From the NCBI RefSeq assembly GCF_006345805.1, contig NC_042998.1:58094001-58158000 (forward strand): a stretch of DNA of 64,000 bases. The letters are read 5' to 3'. The position numbers and the translations under genes were made by a program. Below, in pieces: positions 63,686 through 64,000 of the stretch. The stretch's first letter is position 1. Every line of letters starts with the position of its first letter. This DNA is from Octopus sinensis. Lineage: Eukaryota. The notes beneath the pieces were generated by a model. That model did not search any database. It was given only the letters and a program-made list of their open reading frames with translations, and was not told where the DNA came from.

Positions 63686-64000
63686 AGCACAAGCGAACAG
63701 GCATGCATATATGCCCACACACACTCACATACACATACACACACTTACACACACACACACACCACACACACACACAAGACGGTCTAACACCCGGATGTTA
63801 AGCCTACCTACGCAGATGATTCGTTTTCACACTCTGGAAATTCTGAAAGCATAATGTTGATAGCAAAAACTTAGTGCAAATGTTTGCTACAAGCTCAATG
63901 ACCAACATAACACAGACTTTTCGATTAAAGTTCTCCATCCCCGATGTAGCCAAAGGAATGCATCATTCGGTTGGTATTGTTAACTGTTTTCCCTAGCGGC

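Overview
AT-rich, microsatellite-dense eukaryotic DNA. The SINE families point to a coleoid cephalopod, most likely Octopus (pattern recognition, not a database result). One well-supported protein-coding exon lies at 15892-16590 (+, 233 codons, AG/GT boundaries, phase 0-0). The rest is probably intron or intergenic sequence filled with tRNA-derived SINEs, decayed LINEs (CR1/L2-like, RTE, two R4/Dong-type RLE elements in (TAA)n), Penelope-like remnants, a Chapaev-like transposase fragment, an LTR with PPT, many fold-back repeats and a 1.5-kb tandem duplication. The most notable signal is a cluster of minimal type-I hammerhead ribozyme (HHR) motifs. A non-coding 600-bp unit is repeated in tandem three times plus an inverted copy (39581-42340), with one HHR per unit, like a retrozyme or Penelope pLTR array. 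An adjacent diverged relative shows compensatory base changes. One HHR has a swapped G3-C8 core pair (43208-43259), and further HHRs sit in short elements with inverted flanks next to (TA)n. All structures were read by eye, none was tested computationally, and repeat boundaries are approximate.
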